Shown: piece by piece, positions 1-13,405 of the stretch
Numbering within the stretch: position 1 is the first letter of the stretch
Layout: the number at the start of each line of letters is the position of its first letter
Assembly: GCA_043228905.1 (NCBI GenBank)
Contig: JBHGNT010000008.1
Span: 11,904,001 to 11,968,000, forward strand
Length of the DNA: 64,000 nucleotides
From: Azolla caroliniana
Taxonomy: Eukaryota; Plantae; Polypodiophyta
Direction: 5' to 3'
The notes under the pieces: model-generated
What the model saw: only the letters and a program-made list of their open reading frames with translations
Told to the model about the DNA's origin: nothing
Database searches by the model: none
Made by a program: the position numbers and the translations under genes

Positions 1-1960
1 TGTGCAATAATTGTGGTGACCTTTTCGTTAAATCTCGGCACTAAATTCAATAATCCAGCTAGGGGTAATGACACTTAACAATCTGCCAAGACTTTCCATG
101 TTTCTTCGTCTTCAGGTGCTGCAACATGTTGCAACATTCGGGCCACGTTTTTGTTGTTGGCCTCTTCGACTCATTCCTTGGCTGTTTTTCATACTGCCTC
201 TTGTACTTCCCACTCTGATTGTTTAGCCTTATTGCGAGTGGTTACCTTCTATACTTCGGGCACAACCATATTCACCGTAGGTGCTTTCCCTTTATGATTT
301 GTCGGGCATTGATTTTCATAATGACCATCCTTCCTACAAATATAGCAAGTCGGTACCGATGGTCCACTGGATTTTCCATTTTCATACTGAGGTCGACGAG
401 CATCTTGAGATTCAGAGTCATATCTGGCTCTTAAATCATGCTGAAACTGTCAAGATCCTTTAGACTTTCTATTATCATGGTATCAACGATTCAGTGGTCA
501 ATTATCGCTATTCCTCCTGTGATCATAGATTGCCATATTCGCATTCGTCGGGTTTCCCATTCGAATGCAAATGAATACGAATACAAATACGAATGGGTAG
601 TCAAGTATTCGTTTTAGCCCCCCCCCCCCAAAAAAAAAAAACTTAACAATAAATAGGGATAATAAAAGAGGGACTTGACAAATACTAAATTTTTATAATA
701 AATGTATAACTTATAAGCATTCGTTTTATTTTTAATAAATAAATAAAATAAAATAAAGGCTCATTAATTTCTCACTTTTTATTTCCTCAAAATTTATGGA
801 TATTTTTATCTTGACATTAAAAATAGTACTTCAAACTAATCATATCTTCAAAGTTCATACTAATTAGTAATCATATTTGTATAATAAATATAAAAAAAAA
901 TTTTAAAAAAATTTAATTAATTAAAATAAGTTTCATAAACTCTCTTGACACTATAATCTATTAATGAATAATTGTTTTTTTGGTGAAATACATTTATTTA
1001 AATAAATAAATAAATTTTTTATATTTATTTTACAAACGAATGGTTTTTTAATATTCTTGGGGCCGTTTTGTATTCTCGAATATGGAGAATATTGCGCATG
1101 GAGAATATCACGAATATCACGCATGTGTCAATCTATGCCTGTGATCATGGGATCTTCTGTCCTCCGAGTGTCGACCACCCCGGTAAGGTTATCGATTATT
1201 TCTATCCTACTGGGTGAATAGTCCCTATCGCGTTGATAATCATCTTTTTGATCATCTTCTCGCCGATAATCGTGTTGTCGATAATCATCCCTCCGATTAT
1301 CTTCCCTCCGATTATCATCCCTCTAACTATCATCTCTCCAATTATGATTTGACCGATATCGATCCTCATATTCTGACCGATAATGATCTGGCCTATTCTG
1401 GTCCTCTTGAAAGTTGTTTTCGGGGTGAATCTGTCGGATTGGTGTTGTGGTTTTATTGAGTAAATTGTACTCACATTGATCGACAGAATGCGCCTTGGAG
1501 TGGCAGATCATACAATGAGTACGCAAACTACATTCCATCGTAGAATGCCCCATATTGAGACATGCAGTGCATTGCACGACTTGTAGGAATCTTAACTCCT
1601 TCAATGTAGGTAAAGACTTGTGTAATGCCGCCATATTCATAGTGTTATTGCTCTTGGTTCTATCCACTGCTAGTGCTTTATCAATCACTTGCTCTAGTGA
1701 TTGATTCTTCAAATCAACAAAGCTAAAGTTCTTCGGAGTGGCCTACGTAATGCCTCCAAGAATATGTCTTTCAGCTCTTCCTTAGAAATTGGTTGCACAA
1801 TTTGGAGATGAAGATTTTGAATTTGGATGACAAATTGCGACATTGTTTCATGGGGTTCTTGATATGCCGCATAAAACTGACTAATTAGATCCTTCTGCGG
1901 AATCTATCAATGAAATAATTGAACGAATTTTGTAGTTAATTGTTGAAAAGATTCGAACAC
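1..1960 (-). pseudogene. Decayed Ty3/gypsy gag to pre-protease fragment (related to the family at 27520-44004), interrupted by a MITE
   Basis: ORF 1323-1712 has a double zinc knuckle, CTACLNMGHSTMEC...CMICHSKAHSVDQCEYNLL, like 29047-29253. Minus-strand LPLAGLLNLVPRF near 40-75 resembles MLPLGWLLQLVPRF at ~29980. Confidence 0.75.
524..1137. mobile_element. hAT-like MITE (614 bp)
   Basis: TIRs CATAGATTGCCATAT (524-538) and ATGTGTCAATCTATG (1123-1137) match 13/15. Perfect 8-bp TSD CCTGTGAT at 516-523 and 1138-1145. AT-rich non-coding interior with subterminal CGAATA/TATTCG repeats. Confidence 0.85.
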
Positions 1961-2827
1961 TCTCGGCTTAGCGGAGCAATATCCAGGAGGTCCAAGAAGC
2001 AGCCGACTATTGCACTTTCAAGCACAAAGGCCAAATACAGGGGCACCGTTGTGGTTGCACGTGAAGACGTATGGCTCAAGAGGATTTTGAAGGATCTGGG
2101 CATCCCCATCAAGGAGCCGACTCCCCTTTACTACGACAACATGAGCAATATTTATCTGGCTCAGAACTCGATGTTCCATGGGCGCACGAAGCATATCGAG
2201 GTGCACTATCACTTCATCTGAGAACACGTTCAGGTTGGAGATGTTGAAGTTCAACATATCAACACAAATCTTTAGACAACTGATATCTTCACCAAAGCCC
2301 TAGGAGCCAACAAGCTTCGGCAATTCATGTCAGACGTTGGACTAACAATGCTTGACTTGCCAAGCTTGAGGGGGAGTACAAACCAAACCCTGTTCGAACC
2401 GGATACCAACCGACGCGGACAACAACCAAAAGGAACCAACCCGAGTTGAGCTTGAGGGGGCACGTTGAGAATCAAGTTCAACCTAGTCTAGTGTGTGAGC
2501 ACACCCTTTGAGAATCCATGAACAATCAAAGGTCAAAAGTCACCACTACTTTTGTAGCATTAATTATGTGTCATAGAATCATATTCTATGACACATAACT
2601 AATGAGTTTCCACATTCCCCATGACCGATGAGCTTTGGTGACTATATAAAGCACCCTCCTACTTTGTAATGTATCGGTTAACCTCCTTTGTAATATACAT
2701 CTTCTTGAGTATTCTATTTTTCTATCAATCTTATGTCTCTCCTCTCCTCTTCTCAAACACACACACACACACACACAACACATCTCTAACTTATTCCACT
2801 GCACAGAATCACAATCGATTCTAGACA
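1960..2827 (+). mobile_element. Ty1/copia 3' fragment: RNase H remnant, PPT and 3' LTR (2463-2827)
   Basis: SKKQPTIALSST...DNMS...HGRTKHIEVHYHFI; PPT GAGGGGG at ~2454-2460. The LTR matches the reverse complement of the LTR at 8194-8581. Confidence 0.9.
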
Positions 2828-4188
2828 GTGTGTCATGACATTGTTGTATGACTTGGAGTCGGGAAGGACTGTCAGGCACATACAAGAGATTTTGTCGAAA
2901 AAGTAAACCATCATGTGAACTAAAATGGGTGTAGTCTTGACGAGGATTTTGAGATTGGGAGTTGGAAGCACGATTTGGGATAATATGGTTCGAAATCTCT
3001 TGGGTGAATGCATCAGCCGCAATATGCTCCCGAATGGAATCAAGAAGACTTGCCATTAGTCATAGACGATTCGGACCTAAGAGGATTTTCTACTGGCTTT
3101 CAAATGCGGCCTCTCCTGGTTGAAGTTCCATATATGAACGTCGAGATAAATCATCTTCTTTTCCTTGTTGCATCCCAAGGCGATATAGAATTACGAAATC
3201 AAAACAAGCTAAGAATTGTGCCCAACGAGCTTGTCGACGACTCAAGACTCGAGCACTTTGGAAGTATTTTAGATTTTTTGATCATTGTAGACAATAATCT
3301 GTTGAGAAGAACCCTAAAAAAAATGACGTCATTGTTGAAAAGAATCCACTATGGCAAGAAGCTCTTTGTCGTGAATCTCATAGTTGATTTCCGCGGCTTC
3401 AAATTTCCGTTAGTGAAAAGCCACAGGGTGCAGTTGGCCATCATCGCCAATCTAGGACAATACGCTTCCGAGTGCGAAGTCAAATGCATCAGCTTCAAGT
3501 ATAAAGTGCCTCATTGGATTGACATGCATTAAAATTGGTGCAAATTTAAATGCTTGCTTTAAACCCTCAAATGCAGAGTTCGCATTTGTACTCCATACTA
3601 ATGATAGATTCTTTTGCGTTACTTGAGTGAGGGGCAATACGATCTTTGAATAATCTTTGATGAACTTGCGATAAAAGTTTGTGAACCCAAGAAAACATTG
3701 TACATGTCGCACAGACTGTGGTGTTTGCGAATCCAAAATTGTTTGAACCTTTAATGGATCCATAGAGATGCCATTTGCCGAGACTATGTACCCCAAAAAT
3801 TCCACTTGACACTCGAGACCATATGAAGCGAACCATCTTTCTTCTTAAGGAAAAAGATGGGTGCACCAACAAGAGATCTTGAATGTTGGATAAAACCATT
3901 CTTGAAGAACCTCTAACTCCGTGGGCGAAAGGTTATAAATTGGCCCCCATGGAGGCTCTTTTCCTAGCTTCAAATCAATCGGGAAATCATATGGTCCATG
4001 CTCTAGTAGTCTATTAGCCTTCACCTTATCAAACATATCAGAGAATTTTGTATACTTCTTTGGTAGTTGGACCCCCAATTCTTGTGAGCTAGATGAGGGA
4101 GTTGCTAAAACCACGAACACAAACATGTCTTCCTTCCTTCCATCCTCACGTAACTGATGTATTGAGATTGTTGAAATCATGTGGGATC

Positions 4189-4652
4189 TATTACCTGGCC
4201 GGGAAAGGAGCTAAGGATGGCAAAGACCAGGGTGTAAAAAGGGGAATTGTTATTTAGGAATTTGTTGAAATTACTAGTCTTAATATATAGATTAATATAT
4301 AAGAAGATGTGGACGGACGGACCGGAATCGGTATGCCGATCCGGATCCAGACTGATCCCGAATAGGTGCCGGTTGGCACCGTTTTGTACTTTGCACCGGT
4401 GACCTATATAAAGGCCCGGTTATAATGTAGTCATTAACGGAGAGTAATATAAACCTTTTGTTTAATCATTGAGTATTGTTCACCGTTCTGTGCTTATTGT
4501 ATATCTTACGCGTGTTAATGATGTATTGCTAAGTAACCGATTAAGGTCCAATTAAGCATTGTGTCATAAGTTATCTCGCCGTAACACCCTTTGGTGAAGT
4601 GTCTTAAGTGGACACCTTGTGTTAGGCTATTGTCCGGCCCTAAGGATTAACA
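4189..4652 (+). mobile_element. Solo LTR related to the LTRs at 27520 and 43573
   Basis: Termini TATTAC...TTAACA and 5-bp TSD GGATC (4184-4188, 4653-4657). Shares GGACGGAC..CCGGAATCGGTATGCCGATCCGGATCC and CCCTTTGGTGAAGTGT with the LTR at 27520-27951. Confidence 0.85.
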
Positions 4653-5319
4653 GGATCCCAAATCCTTTGTTGGAGTATTAAGAGACTCGGACTGTACTGT
4701 GACCTTTTCAATAGTTCTTTTTCTCCAACCAATAGTTGGGTTATGTAGCTCAAACCAAGGAAGACCAAGAACTAGGGAGTTCTCTAGACCACTAATGATG
4801 TTGAATGAGATGACATTAGCCAAATTACCTAGGACTACACAAATTGGTTTAGACTCATCGACTATATCACTTGATGTTATAAAGCGGCCATCAATGACTC
4901 CTACAGCTACTGGGTTCTAGGATGGTCCAACCAAATGGCTCCTATTTTGGCCGAACTTATTCGTTTAACACATCCTCTAATTGGCACAAGACATCAAATC
5001 TATTCTCATGGCATGGGATATTAGGCTTGCTTAAGTTATTAGAAGTGATAACAGAACTCAAGGTAAGGTTATCATGTGCACTTACTTGGTATACTTGAGG
5101 AGGTCGGGGTTTATGTGGACAATTCATGGCTATATGTCTTGAACCACCACAATATAGGCATAGGCGGTGCACTTGACATCATTGTTTCTCAACATCTAAT
5201 AAGGGCCCTCGACGTTGTGTTGACTCTATTTCCATCGGAGTGGGGCCATTCCTCATAATGGGTCTGGGAACTTGTGCCAGCGTTGCGACTATTGAAGCGT
5301 ACGTCTGTTCTGGTGGCGG

Positions 5320-6075
5320 TGTCGTGTCTTTCACCGTCGCATCGTTGCGTGAGTTGGGTGGGAACCATCGAGGTTTTGGACTAGGAGGAGGTGAATTCTA
5401 AGGCAGATAAGAATATGAATAGATTGAAGAAAGACATAGAAATTCGTGAATCCCACGAATATAGTGAATTAGTTTAACTTAATATTTAAAATCATAAACT
5501 TAATCAATTGAAATAGTTTAGAATAGATTAGAGTAGATTGAGAAAAAAGATCAAAACTTGTGAATCCCACAAGTATTTAGATCGTAATAAAAAACTCAAG
5601 AATCCATTATCTCAATACATCTTTCTCTTCCCTTCATATAATGACGGAAGAGGCTAAGTATATCATACCACATGGAAAGCATCATGCTTTTTCTAAAGTG
5701 TTCATGCACACTAGATGTGCAAGAATAATTTTTCCTATTATGCTTTTTCTTCTATTAATAGTGTTCATGCACGTGAGATGTGCATGAATAGTTTTTTCGA
5801 TCATGCGTTTTCTTCTAACTAAAGTTTTATGCACTCTACGTGTAAATGTAGCTTTTCCTAAAAAATACATGAAATAACCTTTGTACGTGGGATTTCAACT
5901 TTTTTAACACTTATGATGTGTTAGTATAATGGTAAGAACTCGATTGATTACCGTAGAGGTACAAGGTTCAAATCTTGCCCTATGCATGTAATATATATTT
6001 TCTTCTATTTCTTCATATTTATTGAATCGGGTACTTTATACGTTTTTCACGTAGTGTACGAAATACACTACGACA
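5320..6075 (-). mobile_element. Solo LTR of the tRNA-Trp-primed gypsy family (as 19865, 34889, 40659)
   Basis: TGTCGTG...CACTACGACA termini and homology to the other copies. Flanks GCGG/ACGG are a probable 4-bp TSD with one transition. Confidence 0.85.
5914..5986 (+). other. Degenerate tRNA-like A/B-box module inside an LTR
   Basis: A-box-like TAGTATAATGGT and B-box GGTTCAAATC at tRNA spacing. No intact cloverleaf. Confidence 0.55.
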
Positions 6076-6934
6076 ACGGCATAACAGTTGTTGGCATTCA
6101 AAACGTCGCTCAAATAGGTGATTATCACATTGCACAGCTCAACTAATTGCCTCTATAAGAGACTTCGGATCTTCGTGGAAAGTAAAAAGAAGATCTTTGA
6201 CATCGCTACGCAAACCCTGACGGAATTGACCATTAAGGTTGCGTCATCCCAAGGGATGTCGCATGCCAAGAGACAGAAATTTGCTTCATAAGCCAAAGCG
6301 GGACGATCTCCTTGTTGGAGTCTTCGAATCTTGTTTATTGTCATCCTAGTGCTATCGATGTCTCCAAAACTAGCTTGAAACTCCTTAATGAGCGCCTTGA
6401 AATCCTCCAACAACGGTGATTTCTTCTCGAGAAATGGTGCAAACCATGCTAATGCTATACTGCTTTGCAAGGTTCCTATTAATCCCACACGAGCATTATC
6501 AATTGGGTACCGATTGGGATGTAACGGAATCACCAAATGGGCTTTATTAAGGAAACCTCAAAACAGAGAACTTGTACCATCAAACTTGGCAGAGAGGCTA
6601 ATCTTTGGTTCCCTTGGGGAGTTTTGAACCCCCGCCACTTGTTCTTGTAATGTTAATATAGTAGCCTCGAGTTGATGAACCTGTTGCGATAACTCCTCAT
6701 ATTGGCAAGCTTTCTCGGTACTCACGTGTTGTAGGTCCCCGAGTAGTCTTTGATTTTCTTGCTCTAATAACACAAACTTAGTCATGAGCATGACGAGCTC
6801 AAAAAGGACACACATATATTCTTGCTTACTAACGGGCTCCATAACTTATGACGAGAAGGAAAAAGAAAGAAGGAAAAAGAAGAAAGCTTGCTAGGTTCAT
6901 TGGAAGAGGAAGAAAAGAAAGATTATGTTCTAAA

Positions 6935-6950
6935 TGTCATGATTCATGAG

Positions 6951-7022
<72 letters not shown>

Positions 7023-7356
7023 GACAAGAAATGGAAATGAGTTTATATTATGAGAAAACAAGGTTTACAAAGAGTAGGCTAAGGGGCTAAAGACTGGTGT
7101 TGAACCAAATGAATTCTCATGAATGAGTAAACACTTATTTATAGGTTCTTATGGAGTATTCTAGAATGATCTAGAGTATTTTAGATATTTAAGATACTCA
7201 CAAAATATTCTAGAATACGCTAAATTTCTTCTAATAATATTATAATTATACATTGTATATGTTATCATAATGCTCAAAGGTTTGACATATATACAAAGGG
7301 GTTGTGAGTTTGAACCCTTATAAGACAAAATGTAGGTTTTCATGACACTCATGACA
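6935..7356 (-). repeat. 5' LTR of the Tcn1-like element, containing an (AG)n microsatellite at ~6954-7019
   Basis: TGTCATGA...TCATGACA inverted termini, minus-strand TATAAATA near 7135-7142, directly upstream of gag. Confidence 0.75.
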
Positions 7357-8193
7357 TTGGGGGTTAACCCTAACTCCTAAACCCTAATTTCCTTACTCTT
7401 CAGCTCTACTCCTACTCCACTCCCACTTCAACCTTGCATGCAATTCAACTCTACCTTACTTCTCCTTTCTCTTTTCTAATTTTGATAGAAAGGGTAATTT
7501 TATACTTTAGATGAATAGTCAAATACTCCCAATTCGAAGAACAACTGAATGCTCCTAATTGTCAAATGTTTATGAGAATACCTTGATTTTTCAAAATGAC
7601 TAAACTATAGTTAGTTTTACAAACTCTACCAAAATATCCTTCTGCTTTCGATAAAAACAAATTGAAAAATACCTGAAAGGTAACGAAATATTAAAAACCT
7701 TGGTATGGCTTTTCCCAGGATGGATGTCTCCTTGATGATGGGGTGATTAGGCACAACAAAAGAATCTTGCTGGAGCTCCAAGAAGGAACCAAGCTCTAAC
7801 ATGAGTATTGGCTTCGTTGCGAATCTTTCTTAGATGATTTTGTTGGAATGTTGTCTAGACAAGAAAGACTTCTTAAAGGCATCGACGTACAAATTGAATG
7901 AAAACATGAGATGAAACAAATAAGTTGTTATATGCATATTCATGTGTAGATGTGCACATAGACACTCACTATATATACCATCAATATATAAAGACATGGT
8001 GTACAACCTACTTGTGCAAATGGAACATGTCATTTATTACACAAATACACATAAATACATACATATACAAAAGTTTACATGCATAATACATATGCATGTG
8101 TCTTAGGGTATATACATTTATAAACGTGAGTATGTATATGAATGTGTCTCTACGATATTTGCATAGATTTTTAGGGCATGTGTGTATATGTGT

Positions 8194-11100
8194 TGTAAAG
8201 AATCGGGTATGATTCTTGTGCAGCGGAATAGGTTAGAGATGTGTGTTATGTGTGTGTGTGTGAGAGAGAGAGATAGAGGAGAGAAAACAAAAGATAGATT
8301 AGAGAGACAATAAAATACTCAAGAAGATGTATATTACAAAGGAGATTAATCGACATTTACAAAGTAGGAGGAGAGTGCTTTATATAGTCACTCTCTCTCT
8401 TCATTAACTACCGAAGCTCATGAGTCATGAGGAATGTGGAAACTCATTAGTTATGTGTCATAGAATATGATTCTATGACACATAGTTAATGTGTAAATAA
8501 GAGTGGTGACTTTTAACCTTTGAGTGCACTCTTTCAAGGGTGTGCTCACACACTAGACTAGGTTGAGCTTGATTCTCAACACACCCCCTCAAGCTCAACT
8601 TTGGTCAGCTACTCCGGTTGATGTCCGCTTCGGCTCGTATCCGGTTTGGACGGTATCCGGTTCTCGCTTGTACTCCCCCTCAAGCTTGGCAAGTCAGGGA
8701 CCATCAATCCAAGGTCTGACAAGACTCGGGTGGATTGACAAAGTTTCTCATTTGCCGATGTGAGTGATTTCTCAACTCCGCGTGACCTCATAAGAGACAC
8801 ATCAAAGCCATCGAACTCACTATCGAGTGAATGAGTCGATTTGTTGCCGTCGAAGTGATCGTCTTCATATTCCGACATTTTGGCCTTCCCTTTGTCCATC
8901 TTTGGACTTGGCCGAGATGTGCTTTGGTTGCTCGGAGGGTCATGTGGTCCGCTCAATTTGGTTGAGATCGGACTGTCTTCGAGTATTGACCTTACTTGAT
9001 CATCGTCTTCTGTGTTGTCGAGGTTGTTCATAGATGGTTCGAGAGGAGTCGGCTCGGGTTTGTACCATGATGTCAATTCGTCAAAGACGACATCCCGACT
9101 TACAAGAGTCTTCCGAGTAGAGGGGTTGAAGCACTTGTACCCCTTTTGCTCTAGTGAGTACCCCACGAGGATGCACTTCTCTGATTTTGGGTCAAGTTTC
9201 TGCCGCTTCTCATTGGGAATGTGCACGTATGCAATGGAGCCGAATATCCTTACATGGGATAGATCTAGCTTCTTCCCATAGTATTTCTTGTGTGGGGTGA
9301 CCTCGTGCACTCTAGATGTTGTGCACCGGTTCATGAGGTAGACGGTGGTATTTGCAGCTTCTGCCCAATATGACTTGGGCATATGCTTCTCATTTAGCAT
9401 GGCCCTTGCTACTTCGAGGATTTGCCGATTCTTGCGTTCGGCTACACCATTCTGTTGCGGTGTGTGTCGGCAAGTGAATTCTCGCCGAATTCCTTCTTGT
9501 CGAAGGTATGTTGTGAATGCATCGGAGAAGTATTCCTTTCCTCCGTCTGACCGAAGACATCGTACATGATGCCCAGTTGTCTTTTCAACTTCGCTTTTGA
9601 ATTTTTGGAAGTGTGTAAACACTTCGCTCTTCATCCTCATGGGAAAGATCCATGTGTATCTAGAGAAGTCATCGATGAAGGTAACATAGTACGGACATCC
9701 TCCGAACGTAGCCATCTGTGCCGGTCCCCACACATCCGAGTGGACTACGTCCAATAGGCCTTTGCTCACGTTCCTCTCCTTTGGGAATGGGTGCCGATGC
9801 TGCTTGCCGAATTGGCATGCTTCACATACTCCTTCAATATCTTTCTCTTTGAAGGTCGGGAGCCCGATGATGACTCCTTTCGATTGCATCGTCTTGAGTT
9901 TGTTGAGATTGATATGGCTGATTCTTTTATGTCATAGCTCTATGTCGGTGTTAGATTTGAGACCCTTTGTGTACACGGCCAATTTCACCTCATTTGACTC
10001 GAGGATAAACATTCTACCTTCCCTTCGACCCCGAGTGATGAGTCGGCCTTCCTTTTCGATGAAGCAACCACCTTGGTTGAATCGAACTTGCATCCCTTGC
10101 TCCACTGTTTGGCCGATCGAGACCAAATTCTTCGTTATGGTGGGTACATGTAATACATTTTTGATGCAAGTTTGTTTGCCTTCGTCCCCAAATGGAACAT
10201 TGCCAATATGTCGAATAGGATGAGTGTTGTCATCTCCGGTCTCAACATAACCGGGTCGATCTGGCTCTCGTAAGTCTCGGAACCATTCTTAATGGGACGT
10301 CATATGGTTCGAAGCACCGGAGTCGACGAAGCATACATCTTCTAGATTGGAGGCATTCGTTGAAGTAGAGGCCGGCATAGAAATTGCTCTATGTCTCATC
10401 ACAAACATTCCGCCAAGGTCTTCATAATCGGAGTTAGTGGCATAATTTGTGAGTTGTCGGCTTGTGGAAGCTGACTCGCGCTTCTTCTTCCGGCACTCTT
10501 CTTCATGATGGCCGATTTTTCCGCAATATCCACATTCGATCAAGTTTTGTCAATTCGAACCGGAATGGAAACTCCCCCTTCTTCCAAAGGTTCCTCGATG
10601 GCTTCTGTCTTGTTGCTGAAATTGGGAGTTGTTGTCGTAAGTCGGACCTCGTCCACCGCCTCGTTCTTGGCCAAATCGGCCTCTTGCTCGGCCGCGTCCT
10701 CTTCCTCCATTCGAATGCGTGTAGAGCATGTGGCCTTCCGAGGCGTTGCTCCTTGTTCGAACATGATTCTCTTCGACCAATAACATAGATTGAAGATAGA
10801 AGAAAGAGGGTGGATTCTCCCGTGCTAGTACGACGGTCCGCATCGTGCCGAATCGTGGTGCAAGGCCGTCGAGGCATATTTGCACCATTTCATCATCCTC
10901 CACATTGACGCTTATTGATCTTCAAGGTGTAGCTTGTGATGGACATATCCCTTTGTTGGATGTTGTTCAACTCTTGGCGGAGTTGAAGCTTCCTCGCGGT
11001 CGTGTTGGCGGCGAAAATCTTTTGTAGATTTTCCCACGCTTCCTTCTGCGTCTCGGCTTCTCGAATGTAACCGAGCATGTGGTCGTGAACACATGTCACC

Positions 11101-11825
11101 AAGAAATACATTACTCGACTCGTTGCTTGCTCCCATGTTGCATAGTCGGCGTCTTCCGGGTCAGGCCAGTTTTCTTGTGCTCCTTTGATGTAGCTCCAAT
11201 AGCCTTGACCGACAAGGTATTGATGCATCTTGTACTCCCAAGATGCGAAGTTGTTTCGGTCCAACTTCTCGCTAGGGAGAGCGCTGTCCATTTGAGTATT
11301 CATGGTGTTCGATGTAGATTTCTCCCTTCTTCTTCTCTCTTGAATACGAGCTATGTAGTCGCACTACGAAAGGGATGAGCTGGTTCTTCTTGAACATCGG
11401 ATGGGCGAGATCAAGCTACCAAATTGCTCTGATACCATGTAAAGAATCGGGTATGATTCTTGTGCAGCGGAATAGGTTAAAGATGTGAGTTATGTGTGTG
11501 TGTGAGAGAGAGAGAGATAGAGGAGAGAAAACAAAAGATAGATTAGAGAGACAATAGAATACTCAAGAAGATGTATATTACAAAGGAGATTAATCGACAT
11601 TTACAAAGTAGGAGGAGAGTGCTTTATATGGTCACTCTCTCTCTTCATTAACTACCGAAGCTCATGAGTCATGGGGAATGTGGAAACTCATTAGTTATGT
11701 GTCATAGAATATGATTCTATGACACATAGTTAATGTGTAAATACGAGTGGTGACTTTTGACCTTTGAGTGCACACTCTCAAGAGTGTGTTCACACACTAG
11801 ACTAGGTTGAGCTTGATTCTCAACA
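8194..11825 (-). mobile_element. Ty1/copia element with both LTRs but no RT/RNase H (non-autonomous, 3.6 kb)
   Basis: 388-bp LTRs at 8194-8581 and 11438-11825; TSD TGTGT on both sides; Met PBS TGGTATCAGAGC (11426-11437); PPT at 8582-8596. Confidence 0.95.
8609..11303 (-). pseudogene. Copia gag-protease-integrase polyprotein (frameshifted, RT deleted)
   Basis: EKLDRNNFASW; CGYCGKIGHHEEEC; VDSGASNHM; HSDVWGP...RSDGGKEY...PQQNGVAERKNR...SRDVVFDE. Confidence 0.9.
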
Positions 11826-11995
11826 TGTGTAAATGTGTATATCTATATAGGCATGCACATGTGCGTGTGCACATATGTATGTATATGTCTATGAATGTGT
11901 GGCCCTCTATTTATGCTATGTATGTTGTTTCCAAAGTCCATCTCCAACTAACTAACTTTGAGAAAGGGTTTTCCTAACAAACAATCATGCACCAC

Positions 11996-12105
11996 TTGGT
12001 TTGTTGACCTTCGTGACTATGAAAGGGAAGAATCAATTGGTTTGTTGACCTTCGTGACTATGAAAGGGAAGAATCAATTGGTTTGTTGACCTTTGTGACT
12101 ATGAA
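11996..12105. repeat. 41-bp tandem repeat, about 2.7 copies
   Basis: TTGGTTTGTTGACCTTCGTGACTATGAAAGGGAAGAATCAA at 11996 and 12037, partial copy at 12078. Confidence 0.9.
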
Positions 12106-13204
12106 ATTCTATTACCCCATACTTTACTTTTTTACCACTAGGAAGAATTGTTAGCCCTCCTTGATTTGACATCTAAAGGGAGAAACTCAAGCCTGCCATA
12201 CTTTTCCCTACAATCATAACTAATAATTCTAATCCTAGATACTGCATCTATTATAATGAGCAGTGTAGTACCATTAACAGTTATATGGGGAGTGTATGCT
12301 GGTATCATCACTTTTAAATTCTGCTCTTAAGGTGTCAATATGATATTGCTAATCGTGGTACTATTTGGCAACGTCAATATTTTGTGGTGTAGTTGATACG
12401 GGTTCACCTTACCCAATTCATAGCTCACCCTTGTCTAGTCAACGCATTTACTACTACAACTTTGGGTTTAAACGACATTAGTTCTTCAATGTGTACAGCG
12501 TGAGCTCTATGTCTTTGGATAGTATATGGTAAATACCTAGGACCTTGACTTTGAACGAAGGAAAAAGATGATTTTTTTTTGAGTAAACAAGAGAAGGGGG
12601 GAAATTAAAGTTTCAAACAAAGGATACAAAATCTAGAATGTATTATTTGACTACAAACATTTTTCCCATGAGCACCTCCCAGAAGTAATTTTATAGTTTA
12701 ATTGGGAAATGGTGGAGTTTATTGGGCAACAACGGCAGGGCCACAAACAAAGATCCAAAGTTAAGGGAGGTTGTAAATGTGGATATGGCATCAATCTTTG
12801 AACTTTGGTCACTAACATTGATAACTCAATGTTAACTACAAATTGTGTGTGAACAATACACGCATTGGGAAAATGTGTAATATCTTTTTGTAATAAGTAC
12901 ATAGGATCATATTATGAACCATGCGTACCATTCGTGCATTCGTGTTCGAGAATGATTCAATCATTCGAGAAGGGTAAACACCCTCGAAGAATGATAAATA
13001 CCATACTTTTGGTTAAACTATTTACTATAAGATAAACATTTTTTCAAGGTAAAAAAAAAAATTTAAATTGCCAAAAAAAAACACATTACCTTCTTAATAA
13101 TAATATGCATTTTTTCGTAAATTCTAATAACAACTATCCAAAATCCTACTCTTCAAAAAAATTCTCAATGAGGTGTTAATCAAAACGACGATTCCTAATC
13201 TTCA

Positions 13205-13405
13205 TTCAGAGATTTCATGTCTGAAATCTCAGCCATGAAATTTCTGAAATGTCATGTCTGATCATCTCTGAAATTTCAGAAATTTCATCATAGAAATTTC
13301 TGAAATTTCATTTTGGAAATTTTAGACATGAAATCTCTGAAATTTTATGGCTGAAATTTTAGAAATTTTATCAATGAAATTTCTGAAATTTAGTTTTGGA
13401 AATTT
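13205..13405. repeat. Array of short quasi-palindromic (C)TGAAATTT(CAG) motifs
   Basis: Many copies of GAAATTT/CTGAAATTTC, followed by telo-box-like AAACCCTAA at ~13406. Confidence 0.7.

Larger units (their letters stand above)
2828..7356 (-). mobile_element. Decayed Tcn1/Tf2-like chromovirus gypsy element (5' LTR, gag, protease, RT, RNase H, start of integrase), 3'-truncated
   Basis: Gag EPKISL.AKFDG...ALAWF (6153-6842); knuckle CLYCGGSRHIAMNC; RT PPWGPIYNLSPTELEVL and FLGFTNFYRKFI; RNase H LEADAFDFALGSVL; integrase QQCHDT. Confidence 0.85.

Noticed and set aside
7359-7390. Interstitial telomere
   Set aside because: Only two or three degenerate CCCTAA units; a telo-box at most.
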